DNA of 64,000 nucleotides, taken from the NCBI GenBank assembly GCA_963735595.1, contig CAVTLK010000003.1:32001-96000 (forward strand), read 5' to 3'. Every line of letters begins with the position of its first letter. The first letter of the stretch is position 1. Position numbers and translations under genes: made by a program. Shown here in pieces: positions 21,268-31,228 of the stretch. The DNA is from an uncultured delta proteobacterium. Lineage in GTDB: Bacteria; Desulfobacterota; Zymogenia; Zymogenales; Zymogenaceae. The notes beneath the pieces were generated by a model. The model worked only from the letters and a program-made list of their open reading frames with translations, did not search any database and was not told where the DNA came from.

Positions 21268-21588
21268 ATGGCCGATATCGTCATAAAGGGGCAGTGGGTC
21301 GAGGTCTATCGGGTCGTCCTTACACCCGGCGAGCGCGCCCCACAGGTCCCGGACGACACGAAACAGGTGCCCCTCGAGATGCGGGTCAAGGGATTCCTGG
21401 AAAAAGACGCTCAGATCGGTGATGAGGTCGTCGTCACGACGGCCGCCGGCAGGACCGTCGCGGGAAAACTCACGGCGGTCAACCCCGCCTACACCCATGG
21501 ATTCGGGGAACCGATCGCCGAGTTGATCGGCATCGGTCGCCAGGTGCGCGGCATTATCGCAGACCAAAAAGATCGAAAGAAGGGGTAG
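21268..21588 (+). CDS. ortA: 2-amino-4-oxopentanoate thiolase, alpha subunit
   Basis: ERAPQVPDDTKQVPLEMRVKGFL and NPAYTHGFG. Confidence 0.93.
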   Translation: MADIVIKGQWVEVYRVVLTPGERAPQVPDDTKQVPLEMRVKGFLEKDAQIGDEVVVTTAAGRTVAGKLTAVNPAYTHGFGEPIAELIGIGRQVRGIIADQKDRKKG

Positions 21589-21593
21589 GAACT

Positions 21594-22997
21594 ATGGAGC
21601 ATACGGGATACGCCGAGGTCATGGCGCGTAAACCGGAGATCATGAAACGGTCGGTGGGTATCGACTACGATCGTTTTACGACCGGCGCGCTCTCGTTCGA
21701 TTACGAGGCGATGATGACCGGGACCGGCTATACCATCGACGAGGTCGCCCGGATCCAGGCCGAAACGGCCGTCGGCAATACGCCGATGGTGGAGCTTACC
21801 AATCTCACACGGCTTGTCCGTGAGGTCTCCGGACCGGGGATGGGCGCCCGGATCTTCGTCAAAGACGAGGCCCAGAACCCCTCCGGCTCTTTCAAGGATC
21901 GGCGAGCATCCATCTCCATATTCGAGGCCAAGAAGAAAGGTTACCCCGGGGTATCGGCCGCCACCTCCGGGAACTACGGCGCCGCCGTCGCCTCACAGGC
22001 GGCAAAGCGGGGTCTTGGCTGCATCATCGTCCAGGAGGCCTTCGATTCACGGGGCATCTCCCAGCCCGAGATCGCCGAAAAGACCCGGGCGTGCGAGGCC
22101 TACGGGGCCGAGGTAATCCGGCTCTCGGTCGGGCCGGAGCTCTTCTACGTATTCCTGTTGATCCTTGCCGAGACCGGGTATTTCAACGCCTCCCTTTACA
22201 CCCCCTTTTCGGTCCTCGGTATCGAGACGCTCGGCTTTGAGGTCGCCCGCGAGATCAAGGCGCGCGAAGGGCGGTTCCCCGACGTGGTCATCGCGACTCA
22301 CGCCGGCGGCGGCAACGTCACCGGCACGGGCCGGGGCCTTGCCAAGGCGGGTGCCGGCGATACGATGCTCGTGGCCGCCAGCGTTGACCTCTCGGGCCTG
22401 CACATGGCCTCCGATACCGACTTCAACCGCAAATCTTTCACCACGGGCCATACCGGTTTCGGCATCCCCTTTGCGACGTGGCCGGACCGGGCCGACGTGC
22501 CGAGGAACGCCGCCCGCCCCCTGCGCTATCTGGACCGCTTTGTGACGGTGACCCAGGGGGAGGTCTTCTACATTACCCAATGCCTGGCGGAGCTGGAGGG
22601 GATGGAGCGGGGGCCGGCCGGTAATACCTCGCTGACGGCGGCGTTTGCCGTCGCCCGGACGCTGCCGAAAGACAGGATCATTGTCGTCCAGGAGACCGAA
22701 TATACCGGGGCCGGAAAACACCCCTACGCCCAGCTCAATCTTGCCCGGGCGATGGGGGTCGATGTCCGCCGGGGCGACCCGAAACAGAACGTGCCCGGAA
22801 AGGCCATCGTCATTCCCGAGGAGCCGTCACAGATTGCGGTGGTGGACGTCGATCTCGACCGGCTGCGCCGGTCGTACCTCAAGAACGCGAAAGAGGGCCT
22901 TGGGCCGGGCAAAGAAATCACCGGTACCGACATCGCCTTTTTGGCCGCCGATACGAAAACGACCGAGGCCTACGTACGCGAGGCGATGGGCATCTAA
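21594..22997 (+). CDS. ortB: 2-amino-4-oxopentanoate thiolase, beta subunit (PLP)
   Basis: KDEAQNPSGSFKDRR, ATSGNYGAAVAS, FNRKSFTTGHTGFG and QETEYTGAGKH. Confidence 0.94.
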   Translation: MEHTGYAEVMARKPEIMKRSVGIDYDRFTTGALSFDYEAMMTGTGYTIDEVARIQAETAVGNTPMVELTNLTRLVREVSGPGMGARIFVKDEAQNPSGSFKDRRASISIFEAKKKGYPGVSAATSGNYGAAVASQAAKRGLGCIIVQEAFDSRGISQPEIAEKTRACEAYGAEVIRLSVGPELFYVFLLILAETGYFNASLYTPFSVLGIETLGFEVAREIKAREGRFPDVVIATHAGGGNVTGTGRGLAKAGAGDTMLVAASVDLSGLHMASDTDFNRKSFTTGHTGFGIPFATWPDRADVPRNAARPLRYLDRFVTVTQGEVFYITQCLAELEGMERGPAGNTSLTAAFAVARTLPKDRIIVVQETEYTGAGKHPYAQLNLARAMGVDVRRGDPKQNVPGKAIVIPEEPSQIAVVDVDLDRLRRSYLKNAKEGLGPGKEITGTDIAFLAADTKTTEAYVREAMGI

Positions 22998-23019
22998 CTA
23001 TATATCCGTTACCTTGGTG

Positions 23020-23116
23020 CCTTTTTGCCTTTGTGTCTTTGTGGTGATGTCTTCTTCCTGTCGGACAATGGAAAGAACGGGAGAAGCTCACCACAAAGGC
23101 ACAAAGACACGAAGAG
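23020..23116. repeat. Family B ~95-bp element inside the ornithine operon
   Basis: Inverted copy of 10250-10345. Confidence 0.75.
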
Positions 23117-23215
23117 AAAGATTACGGATATTTGATCGAACACGGGAAGTATGGCCCATTAGTTTATGAAACGGCCCATTTTCTATCAATAACTGCGTAA
23201 AGTAGGATATTCGTC

Positions 23216-23557
23216 ATGGAACAGTCGGACACGTATCAAGGGAGGCGGCGGCACCTGGCTAAGCTCTCCGATAACGAGCTGAAAGACTATTTCTGGGAGC
23301 TTATCGGCAAAATCATGGAGCCCATCGTCGAGGAGGCCCGGACCCACACCTCGCCATCCATAGAGCGCTCGGTGCTCTTACGCATGGGCTTTTCGAGCAT
23401 CGAGGCCAAGGCGCTCGTCACCATGATCACCGAGCGGGGGCTCCTGGGTCACGGGGCGGGAAACCTCGTCCTGCGAGTCGCCAGGAAGAACGACCTTGCC
23501 ATCAGGGACGCGGGCTGTGCCCTTATCGACGGTAAAAACTGGGATGACGTGAAATGA
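23216..23557 (+). CDS. oraS: D-ornithine 4,5-aminomutase, small subunit
   Basis: HTSPSIERSVLLRMGFSSIEAK and LLGHGAG. Confidence 0.94.
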   Translation: MEQSDTYQGRRRHLAKLSDNELKDYFWELIGKIMEPIVEEARTHTSPSIERSVLLRMGFSSIEAKALVTMITERGLLGHGAGNLVLRVARKNDLAIRDAGCALIDGKNWDDVK

Positions 23558-25746
23558 AGCCGCTTGACCCTAAAAAGAAAATCGACCTTGCCGAGATCCT
23601 CGCCGACCTCGAGAGCTACCGGCCCCGGCGCACGGGGTGGACGTGGCGGGAGAAGGTCCCCGACCAGGAGATCGGACCCTTCGTCTATAAAAATACCACA
23701 AAAAGCCTCACGAACTCCGTCCCGCTTCCCTCGGCCCACTATTTCGGCGGTATCGATCCCCAGTGTGATTTCGCGGTGACAACCGAGATCGCCTCGGGGC
23801 GGTTCGAGGACGACATCCGCCGGATGCGCATGGCCGCCTGGCACGGGGCCGACCACATCATGGTCATCCGCACGACGGGGCAATCCCATTACGACGGACT
23901 GATCGAGGGGACTCCCGAGGGAGTGGGGGGCGTCCCCATTACCAGGAAACAGGTCAGGGCTACCAGGAAGGCGTTAGACGCCATCGAGGACGAGGTGGGC
24001 CGGCCCATAAACTTCCATTCCTACGTGAGCGGGGTGGCCGGCCCGGAGATCGCCGTCCTCTTCGCCGAGGAAGGGGTCAACGGCGCACATCAGGACCCGC
24101 AGTATAACGTCCTCTACCGCAACATCAACATGCACCGCTCGTTCGTGGACGCGGCATGCGCGAAGAAGATCATGGCCGATGCCCGTATCCTGCAGATAGA
24201 CGGGGCGCACAACGCCAACGCCACCGCACGTGAGGCATGGAAGGTCACGCCGGAGCTCCTCGTGCAGCACGGTATTAACTCGGCCTTTTCGCTGGCCGTG
24301 GGAATGGAAAAAGAACTGGTCGCGCTTTCCACCGTCCCCCCCACCGCGCCCCCGGCCCCGAAGCTGGCCCTCGATCTCCCGTACGCCATGGCGCTCCGCG
24401 ACTTTTTCTCGGGGTTCAGGATGCGCGCCCAGCAGAACACCCGCTACATGGAGGCCGATACCGCAGAGGCCACGATCACCCACGTGCTGGATACCCTCAT
24501 CTCCCGGCTGACCTCTGCGGACATACAGAGCACCATCACCCCCGACGAGGGGAGGAACGTCCCCTGGCACTATAACAACATCCTCGGCGTCAATACGGCG
24601 CGCCAGACCCTCATGGGAATCGACGGGCTGGCCGACCTGGTCGAGATGAAGAAGGAAGGGACGCTGCCCGCGCGGGTGAGAGAGATTAAGGAGCGGGCGG
24701 TGCTGTTTCTCGAAGAGATCGTCCGCATGGGCGGTTACTTCGCCGCCGTTGAAAAGGGGTCCTTCGTTGACTCCGGGTATTTTCCCGAGCGCCATTGCGA
24801 CGGTATCGCCCGGGACCCGGCGGGCGGGGTGGCCGCGGGAACCATCGTCAGGCGGGAAGCCGACTACCTGGCGCCGGTCTGCAGCCACTTTGGCTACAAT
24901 AGCGTGCCGTCGGGTGTAGGCAAGGCGTGCGAAACGATCTCGGGCTGCACGCTCTGCAAGCCGGAGAAGATCGTATACGTCGACGAGCTGGACGAAAAGG
25001 ACAACGTAGAGAACCGCCGCCGCGCCGCGCGCCCGGCTGCCGGGGACGATCTCATCCGTCCCGAGGTGGAGTGGGCGGGAGACGGCATCGTGGTCGTGAC
25101 GATCTTCGTGCCGGAGCCCCCCGACGTGGCCGAGGCCGCGGCCCTGGTCATGGCCGGGAAGATGGGCCTTTCGGTCCCCGAGGTAATCTCGCGGAGGCTC
25201 ATCCATCCCGCCGAAGGGAGCCTCTTCGAGATAAAGGGGAGACTCGATATTGCCGTGAAGCGGGATGACCTGGTCATCCCGGTTAAGGAGGTCCTCATCC
25301 CTGAGGATGAAATCGCCGCGTTCGTTCGGGAGAAAAAGCTCTCGCTGGTGGCGGCTACCGTCGGAGAGGATGAACACTCTGTGGGGATGCGCGAGATCAT
25401 CGACATCAAACACGGCGGGGTTGAAAAATACGGCTTTGTCTGTCACTATCTGGGCACGTCGGTTCCGATCAACAAGGTGCTGGACGCCGCGCAGGAGACC
25501 GGCTCCTCGGTTGTGCTCATCTCCACGATTATCACCCATAACGACATACACCGCGTCAACATGAAGCGACTTTCCGATCTCGCGATTGAGCGGGGTATCA
25601 GGGACCGGCTGATCCTGATCGCCGGGGGGACACAGGTCACCGACGAGGCGGCCACGGCCTCGGGCCTGGACGCGGGTTTCGGCAGGGGAACGAAAGGGCA
25701 CCACGTGGCGAGCTTCGTCGTGAAGCGGATGAGAAAAGAAAAATAG
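23554..25746 (+). CDS. oraE: D-ornithine 4,5-aminomutase, large subunit (AdoCbl/PLP)
   Basis: TTEIASGRFEDDIRRMRMAAWHGADHIMVIR and the cobalamin motif GEDEHSVGMREIIDIKHGG. Confidence 0.96.
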   Translation: MKPLDPKKKIDLAEILADLESYRPRRTGWTWREKVPDQEIGPFVYKNTTKSLTNSVPLPSAHYFGGIDPQCDFAVTTEIASGRFEDDIRRMRMAAWHGADHIMVIRTTGQSHYDGLIEGTPEGVGGVPITRKQVRATRKALDAIEDEVGRPINFHSYVSGVAGPEIAVLFAEEGVNGAHQDPQYNVLYRNINMHRSFVDAACAKKIMADARILQIDGAHNANATAREAWKVTPELLVQHGINSAFSLAVGMEKELVALSTVPPTAPPAPKLALDLPYAMALRDFFSGFRMRAQQNTRYMEADTAEATITHVLDTLISRLTSADIQSTITPDEGRNVPWHYNNILGVNTARQTLMGIDGLADLVEMKKEGTLPARVREIKERAVLFLEEIVRMGGYFAAVEKGSFVDSGYFPERHCDGIARDPAGGVAAGTIVRREADYLAPVCSHFGYNSVPSGVGKACETISGCTLCKPEKIVYVDELDEKDNVENRRRAARPAAGDDLIRPEVEWAGDGIVVVTIFVPEPPDVAEAAALVMAGKMGLSVPEVISRRLIHPAEGSLFEIKGRLDIAVKRDDLVIPVKEVLIPEDEIAAFVREKKLSLVAATVGEDEHSVGMREIIDIKHGGVEKYGFVCHYLGTSVPINKVLDAAQETGSSVVLISTIITHNDIHRVNMKRLSDLAIERGIRDRLILIAGGTQVTDEAATASGLDAGFGRGTKGHHVASFVVKRMRKEK

Positions 25747-25803
25747 GCGTGCGCGGCGAACTCAACGCGCGGGCGCCGCGTGGTCGCCGTGCGGACGACC
25801 GAG

Positions 25804-27168
25804 AGTCAGGTGACGGACGTCGCTATGAAATCCCCCGACATCCTCGTGGCAGAGATTGGCAGCACCATCACCAAGCTCTCGGCGTTTGCCGATATCAATA
25901 CGGACCGCCCCGCCTTCCTCGGCCAGGGGATCGCGCTCACGAGCGTTTCCGAGGGGGACGTGACGATCGGGCTCGGGCGTGCCGCCGGGGACCTGCAGGC
26001 GCGCTTCGCCGTAAAGACGGGCGAGCTTGGGAAGGACGTCGAGTTTCTCGCGGTCTCTTCGGCGGCCGGCGGGCTCAGGATGACCGTCCACGGGCTGACG
26101 CGCGATATGACGCTCAAGGCCGCGCGGGAGGCGTCCCTCGGGGCGGGGGCGGTGGTCGTCTTCACGACGGCCGGCGCCATTACCGAAAATGACCTCTCCC
26201 AGATTGAGGCCCACGCCCCCCGCCTCATACTGCTGTCCGGCGGGGTGGACTACGGTGAGCGGGATATCATCGTCAACAACGCCCGTATGCTGGCCTCGAT
26301 AGGTGACCTTAAAGTACCGGTCATCTACGCGGGCAACGTGGCGACAAAGGACGAAGTCGCCGCGATATTCAGAGAAGCGGGGGTTGATCTTTTCGTGACC
26401 GAAAACGTCTACCCCGGCATCGACGAGCTCAACGTGGGGCCGACCCGTTCAATCATCCAGGAGGTATTTGCCCGGCATATCGTCACGGCGCCGGGCATGG
26501 AGCGGATAAAGGAGATGGCGGGGGGGCCGGTGATCCCCACGCCGGGAGCGGTGCTTTCGGCGGCCGAACTCCTCTACGGCAGGATCGGCGATCTCATGGT
26601 GGTCGATGTCGGCGGGGCGACAACCGACGTTCATTCGGTTACGGAGGGGTCCGAGAAATTCGCCGCCATGAGCGTATCGCCGGAGCCGCTGGCCAAGCGT
26701 ACCGTGGAGGGTGATCTGGGCGTCTATATCAACGCGCGGCATGTCATCGAACAATCGCGCGGGGTCATAGGCGATGCCGCAGATGTCGCGCCGCTGCCCG
26801 AAACCGATCCCGAGAGGGAGCGCGTCCGCACGCTAACGCGGTGGGCGGTTGATCTTTCTGTCTGGCGTCACGCGGGGGGAGTGAAGGTGACCTACGGTGC
26901 CTACGGTAAGAGCGAGATCGTTGAGGGGAGGGACCTCACGCGGGTGGGCCGGCTCATCGGGACCGGCGGCGCACTGACGAGGCTGCCGGGCGGGGCCGAG
27001 ATCCTCAAAACAATCCGGCGCGACCCGCACAAACGAAAGCTCCTGCCGCCGGCCGAGGCCCGTGTCTGCATCGACGCGGACTACATTATGGCCTCGGCGG
27101 GGGTAATGGGCGAGCGATACCCGGACGCTGCGGTGTCTCTGCTGATGGCAAGCGCGGGGCTGAGCTGA
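25804..27168 (+). CDS. GlmL/MutL-like aminomutase reactivating factor
   Basis: VAEIGSTITK, SSAAGGLRM, DVGGATTDVHS and KRTVEGDLG; the start codon is uncertain. Confidence 0.88.
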   Translation, partial: SQVTDVAMKSPDILVAEIGSTITKLSAFADINTDRPAFLGQGIALTSVSEGDVTIGLGRAAGDLQARFAVKTGELGKDVEFLAVSSAAGGLRMTVHGLTRDMTLKAAREASLGAGAVVVFTTAGAITENDLSQIEAHAPRLILLSGGVDYGERDIIVNNARMLASIGDLKVPVIYAGNVATKDEVAAIFREAGVDLFVTENVYPGIDELNVGPTRSIIQEVFARHIVTAPGMERIKEMAGGPVIPTPGAVLSAAELLYGRIGDLMVVDVGGATTDVHSVTEGSEKFAAMSVSPEPLAKRTVEGDLGVYINARHVIEQSRGVIGDAADVAPLPETDPERERVRTLTRWAVDLSVWRHAGGVKVTYGAYGKSEIVEGRDLTRVGRLIGTGGALTRLPGGAEILKTIRRDPHKRKLLPPAEARVCIDADYIMASAGVMGERYPDAAVSLLMASAGLS

Positions 27169-27170
27169 CC

Positions 27171-29183
27171 ATGTCCGGACCATACGTCACCATAGATCTC
27201 GAGAAGATCCAGGATAACGCCCGGGTCGTCACGGATCTCTGCCGGAACAGCGGCATCGAGGTCACCGGCGTCACCAAGGTAACCTGCGGGATGCCGACGG
27301 TGGCGCGCGCCATGCTTGCCGGCGGGGTGACGAGCATCGGGGAATCGCGGATGGAAAACATCCGCCGACTCAAGGTCAGCGGAGTAAACGCCCCGGTCAT
27401 GCTCCTTCGGATTCCCCCATTGTCGGCCGTGGACGAGATTGTAACCTCGGTAGATATCAGCCTCAACTCCGAGCTTTCGATCATCACGGCCCTCTCGGAG
27501 GCGGCCGCGCGCAGGGGGATCGTCCACGATATCATCCTGATGGTCGATCTGGGTGACCTGAGGGAGGGGATCTGGCCCGACGACCTGATCCCGATCGTAT
27601 CGGAGGCAGTGAAGCTTTCCGGCGTTCGCATCGTCGGCCTGGGGACAAACCTTTCGTGCTACGGCGGGATCATCCCCACGTGCACGAACATGGAGATGCT
27701 GGTCTATTATGCCGACGAGATCGAGAAAAGGTTCGGGATTACGCTGCGCTACCTCTCGGGCGGAAACTCCAGCTCGCTGTCGCTGATTGCCGGGGGGGCA
27801 ATGCCCGCCCGGATCAACCACGTTCGCATCGGTGAGGGGATTCTCCTGGGCAGGGAGACGGTCGAGCGGCAGCCGTGGCCGGGGACGTCCCAGGATGCCT
27901 TCGTGCTCAAGGCGGAGGTCATCGAGCTCAAGGAAAAGCCGTCGATCCCCATCGGCGAGCGGGGCCAGGATGCCTTCGGCGGTAAACCGGCATTCGGTAA
28001 CGGGGCATCCGGGCACCTGGAGGGCGCCCGGAGAGAAATGGTGCGGGCCATCCTCAACGTCGGCCGGGAGGACATCGTGCTGGAGGGGATTGAGCCGATC
28101 GACGGGCGGCTATCCATCCTGGGGGCTTCAAGCGACCATTTGATCCTCGACGTGACAAAGGCGGCAGGCGCCGTCGCATTGGGTGGGGAGCTCGAATTTC
28201 TCATGAACTACGGGGCGCTTCTTGCCGCCATGACCTCGTCCTACGTGGAAAAGAGGCCGATTATGAGAGCCGAGGATACGAAGAGTATGAGGGGGGTGGC
28301 GCTCATCGGAGTGCCGAGTTGGGTGGGGGCGCTGGAGCCGGGCACGGACGCCGCCCCGCGGGCGATGAGGGAGACGGACCTGGCCGGGAAGCTCATGTCC
28401 CTCGGGCTTGGCGTCGAAGACCGGGGCGACGTTCCGGTCAGCGGGTCGATACGGGGGGACGACTACGATCAAAATACCCGGGAAGTGGCCGACGTCGCGG
28501 CGGCAACCGCCGATCTCGTCGTGCGTGCACTCGCGGACGACCTGGTGCCCCTCGTCCTCGGTGGCGACCACAGCGCGGCGCTGGGGGTCCTGGCGGGGCT
28601 CTCGCGGGCGCTGTCTCCCTTCGGCCTGATCTGGTTTGACGCGCACGGCGATTCTATCGTCCCCGACCGGACGGGTGACATACGGATCAGCCGGATGATA
28701 CTGGGAGTCGCGCTGGGGTACGGCGATGAGCACCTTCGAATGCCGGGAAGCCCGACGCCCCTGCTTTCACCCGAGAATATCGCGATCGTGGGTCTACGGG
28801 ACGTGACCCAGGACGAATCGAGGCTCCTGACGGAATCGGGGGTTACGATCTTCACCATGGAGGATATCGACGCCCTCGGGATCAAAGAGGTCGTCTACCG
28901 ATCGCTGAGGGTCGCGGGAACCGCAACGCGCGGGATTCACGTCAGCTTCGATGTCGATGTAGTTGACGTCCAGACAGCGCCGGGTGTAAACCAGCCGGTC
29001 ATGGGTGGCATCACCTACCGGGAAACCCACCTGGCCATGGAACTCCTGGCACAGTCCGGGCTGATGCGCTCCATGGACGTGACGGGGATAAATATGGAAG
29101 CCGACCCCGAGGGCAAGACGGCGCACGTGGCAGCGGAGTTCATCCTCTCGGCCTTCGGGAAAAAGATATTGGGGAGATCATGA
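27171..29183 (+). CDS. orr: Ornithine racemase fused to a C-terminal arginase-fold domain
   Basis: N-terminal part: GVTK (PLP Lys), DLGDLREG, SGGNSSS and LGASSDH. C-terminal part: LGGDHS, DAHGD, SFDVD and GGITYRE. Confidence 0.88.
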   Translation: MSGPYVTIDLEKIQDNARVVTDLCRNSGIEVTGVTKVTCGMPTVARAMLAGGVTSIGESRMENIRRLKVSGVNAPVMLLRIPPLSAVDEIVTSVDISLNSELSIITALSEAAARRGIVHDIILMVDLGDLREGIWPDDLIPIVSEAVKLSGVRIVGLGTNLSCYGGIIPTCTNMEMLVYYADEIEKRFGITLRYLSGGNSSSLSLIAGGAMPARINHVRIGEGILLGRETVERQPWPGTSQDAFVLKAEVIELKEKPSIPIGERGQDAFGGKPAFGNGASGHLEGARREMVRAILNVGREDIVLEGIEPIDGRLSILGASSDHLILDVTKAAGAVALGGELEFLMNYGALLAAMTSSYVEKRPIMRAEDTKSMRGVALIGVPSWVGALEPGTDAAPRAMRETDLAGKLMSLGLGVEDRGDVPVSGSIRGDDYDQNTREVADVAAATADLVVRALADDLVPLVLGGDHSAALGVLAGLSRALSPFGLIWFDAHGDSIVPDRTGDIRISRMILGVALGYGDEHLRMPGSPTPLLSPENIAIVGLRDVTQDESRLLTESGVTIFTMEDIDALGIKEVVYRSLRVAGTATRGIHVSFDVDVVDVQTAPGVNQPVMGGITYRETHLAMELLAQSGLMRSMDVTGINMEADPEGKTAHVAAEFILSAFGKKILGRS

Positions 29184-30026
29184 TAAAGCCCGTCGATGAT
29201 ACGATTGTCTATCTTGAACAGCTCGGGCTGACGCAGTACGAGGCAAAGGTCTACCTCGCGCTGCTTTCAGAACATCCCGCGACCGCCTATACCATATCCC
29301 GGCGGTCGGGAGTCCCCCACTCCCCGGGTATACGAGGTGGCACGCCGCCTGATGGCCAAGGGGTACGTCGTATGTCAGAATACGAATCCTGACCGCTTCT
29401 CTCCGCTGTCTCCGCGGGAGCTGGTCGATCGGCTGGCCGGCGAGCACGAGCGAATGGTTGAGGGGCTCAAACAGCGGCTGGCCACGATCCCCTTCCAGTC
29501 CGACTTTGACCCGGTCTGGAACATCGGCGACCGGGCCGGGGCGCTGGAAAAGGCGCGGGAGATCATCGGCGAGGCACAGCGTAAGATCTATATCGGCGTC
29601 TGGGACGAGGAACTGGAGGAACTGGTCGACGATCTGAGGCGGGCGCACGCGCGGGGGGTGGAGATCGTCTTTCTTATCTATGGGAAATCGGCGGTGGATT
29701 TCGGGCACGCCTTTTACCACGATACGCGCGCGATCAAGGAAACCACACACCTGGGCAGAAACGTCGATATCGTCGCCGATTCGGCGGCGGCCGTCAGCGG
29801 GTGGCTCGGGTCCGGGGCGGACAACGGCGGGGTCAGGGAGGCCGGCGATACGAGATATTTCTCCTGCCAGGTATTCTGGACAAAGAACCGGGGGCTTATC
29901 AACGTCATCGAAGGGTATATCATACACGACTTTTATCTCGCCGAGATATTCGGCGCATTCAGAAAGGAAATAGAGGGGGTGTTCGGCGCCAATATGAAGG
30001 CGCTGCGGGATAAGTACCACGGCTAA
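29180..30026 (+). CDS. TrmB-family transcriptional regulator; frameshift near 29325
   Basis: LGLTQYEAKVYLALL...ISRRSGVP, then RRLMAKG and the effector domain in the next frame. Confidence 0.87.
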
Positions 30027-30044
30027 CCACGAGAGGAGTCGATC

Positions 30045-31208
30045 ATGGCACAACAAAAAGAACAGTTAACCTTCTTAGAGGCGGCCTCCACCGTCGCCGG
30101 ATACGGGATCGGCGCGGGGATTATGGCCGTTCCGTATCTTGCCGTCCGCAGCGGCGTTGGGCCGCTAATCGGCATCATGGTGGTGGCCTATTGTATCAGT
30201 ATCCTTTTTCACCTGATGCTGGTGGACATGACACTCCGGGACGGCGGCAAGACCCAGCTCATGGAGATACTGGCCAAGTACCTGTTTGCCGGCAAGGCCG
30301 GCGCGGTCTTTACCTGGGTATTCTTCGTCCTGATCGTCTTCGCCTTCTTCGGGACCCTGATCACCTACCTCGTGGGCGGGGGGGAGGTCCTCAACAGCAC
30401 GTTCGGCCTCCCGCTTGTACCGGGCTTTATTATCACCTACCTGCTGGCGGCGGTGGTCGTCTTCTTCGGGCTGAAGGCGGTGGGAGTCGTAGAGAAGTTT
30501 TCGATCATCGGGATTGCGATCGTGGTGATTACGCTCCTGGTCCTCTCGCTGTTTCGGCCGTTCCACCTGGATCTCTTTACCGCCGGGGCGGGAGTCAAAG
30601 AGGCGCTGGCGCTTTACGGCATGGTGATGTTCTCGTTCTACTCGATGTTCTCGGTCCCCCAGGCGGTCAAGGGGCTCTCGGACCGGCCGAGGCTTGCGCC
30701 CTGGGCCGTGGTGACCGGAATCGGGATCACCTTTGTAACAGTCCTGCTTATCTCTCTGGCGGCGATGGGGGTTTCGGAATCTGTTACGTCCAACGCCATC
30801 GTCGGCTGGGCGGACGCCATCGGGCCGTGGGCGAAATACCTCGGGAGCATATTCATCGTCCTGGCCTTTCTCACGAGCTTCTGGTCCATCTCGTTAGCTT
30901 TGGCGGACGTGCTCAGGGAGCGGCTGGGATGGAATGACAAACTCTGCTGGCTCCTGGCTACGCTCCCCTGCCTGTTGATATCGTTTTTCAAACTGCAGAA
31001 CTTCCTCGAATATTTGAGGCTGACAGGCGGGGTGATCGGGATATTGCTGGTGGTCATCATGATCCCCGCGTATCTTTCAGTCAAAAAGAAGGGGGCGGTC
31101 AAGAAGCCGGCCTGGAGCCTCGGCTTCTTCGGGAAAAGCGCTTTTTTGTGGATCGTGCTGATCGGTTTTCTGCTGATGGCGGTCGGCTCGGCGGTTCCCA
31201 TTAAGTAA
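30045..31208 (+). CDS. Amino acid permease (HAAAP/APC-like)
   Basis: GYGIGAGIMAVPY in TM1 and about 11 hydrophobic helices. Confidence 0.85.
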   Translation: MAQQKEQLTFLEAASTVAGYGIGAGIMAVPYLAVRSGVGPLIGIMVVAYCISILFHLMLVDMTLRDGGKTQLMEILAKYLFAGKAGAVFTWVFFVLIVFAFFGTLITYLVGGGEVLNSTFGLPLVPGFIITYLLAAVVVFFGLKAVGVVEKFSIIGIAIVVITLLVLSLFRPFHLDLFTAGAGVKEALALYGMVMFSFYSMFSVPQAVKGLSDRPRLAPWAVVTGIGITFVTVLLISLAAMGVSESVTSNAIVGWADAIGPWAKYLGSIFIVLAFLTSFWSISLALADVLRERLGWNDKLCWLLATLPCLLISFFKLQNFLEYLRLTGGVIGILLVVIMIPAYLSVKKKGAVKKPAWSLGFFGKSAFLWIVLIGFLLMAVGSAVPIK

Positions 31209-31228
31209 CTATCACGAAAGGAACGATA

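Noticed and set aside
23974..25704. Long antisense or overlapping ORFs (also 13451-14737, 30638-32323, 58958-61402, 61505-62815)
   Set aside because: These are shadow frames of GC-rich genes that have clear motifs on the opposite strand.
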